A program made the position numbers and the translations under genes. A stretch of 61,503 nucleotides of DNA, the filler included, from Choristocarpus tenellus KU-1152 (taxonomy: Eukaryota; Protista; Phaeophyceae): NCBI GenBank assembly GCA_964200185.2. It is 13 parts of 13 records of this genome, joined end to end, with 100 filler letters (N's around TTAATTAATTAA, not from the genome) between each part and the next. Parts side by side here need not be neighbours in the genome. Positions count along the whole stretch, not along the records: positions 58,712 to 61,503 come from CAXNAD020024712.1; 12 more parts are not named here. One strand, written 5' to 3'. Positions 61,422-61,503 of this stretch are shown here, in pieces. How positions within the stretch are numbered: the stretch's first letter is position 1; every line of letters begins with the position of its first letter. The notes below the pieces were generated by a model. The model was not told where the DNA came from, did not search any database, and saw nothing but the letters and a program-made list of their open reading frames with translations.

Positions 61422-61503
61422 GGGTCAAAGTATCTGGGGGGGGGAGGTGGTTTGTGAGGGGGCGTCCGTTTCAGTCAAACAACTCTTTTTTTTGCAGACA
61501 TTT
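61422..61503 (+). mobile_element. Start of a family B-related MITE
   Basis: GGGTCAAAGTATCT-polyG terminus. Confidence 0.7.

Overview
This is eukaryotic, intron-rich nuclear DNA, probably from a photosynthetic stramenopile such as a brown alga. That assignment is an inference from intron style, a bipartite plastid-type presequence and TTAGGG repeats. The window is not contiguous: it is 13 small contigs joined by 12 identical artificial 100-bp linkers (N44-TTAATTAATTAA-N44), so adjacency is only meaningful within a contig. Recognisable host genes are an intronless CDC20 head-to-head with TSR3, and fragments of a CHD/SNF2 remodeler, an HHIP/HIPL1-like secreted GSDH protein, a glycosyltransferase, an IPT/TIG secreted protein, a plastid-targeted protein and a large acidic single-pass membrane protein. 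Mobile DNA includes an internally deleted Copia gag-RT fusion, a pogo/CENP-B HTH remnant, an LTR-like repeat and two related, abundant MITE families sharing an AAAGTATCT terminal core. The most interesting feature is contig 45370-52147. It holds a spliced, decayed gene for a ParB/Spo0J-like protein (ParB N-domain with DGNHR, a putative HTH, a basic NLS-like segment and an acidic tail). This gene lies head-to-head with a spliced, decayed Sola-like DDD transposase, and both are hit by the same GAG..CTC MITE. The arrangement suggests a eukaryotic DNA transposon carrying a ParB-like accessory gene. All exon models were derived by hand from GT-AG sites and phase matching; no database searches were run.
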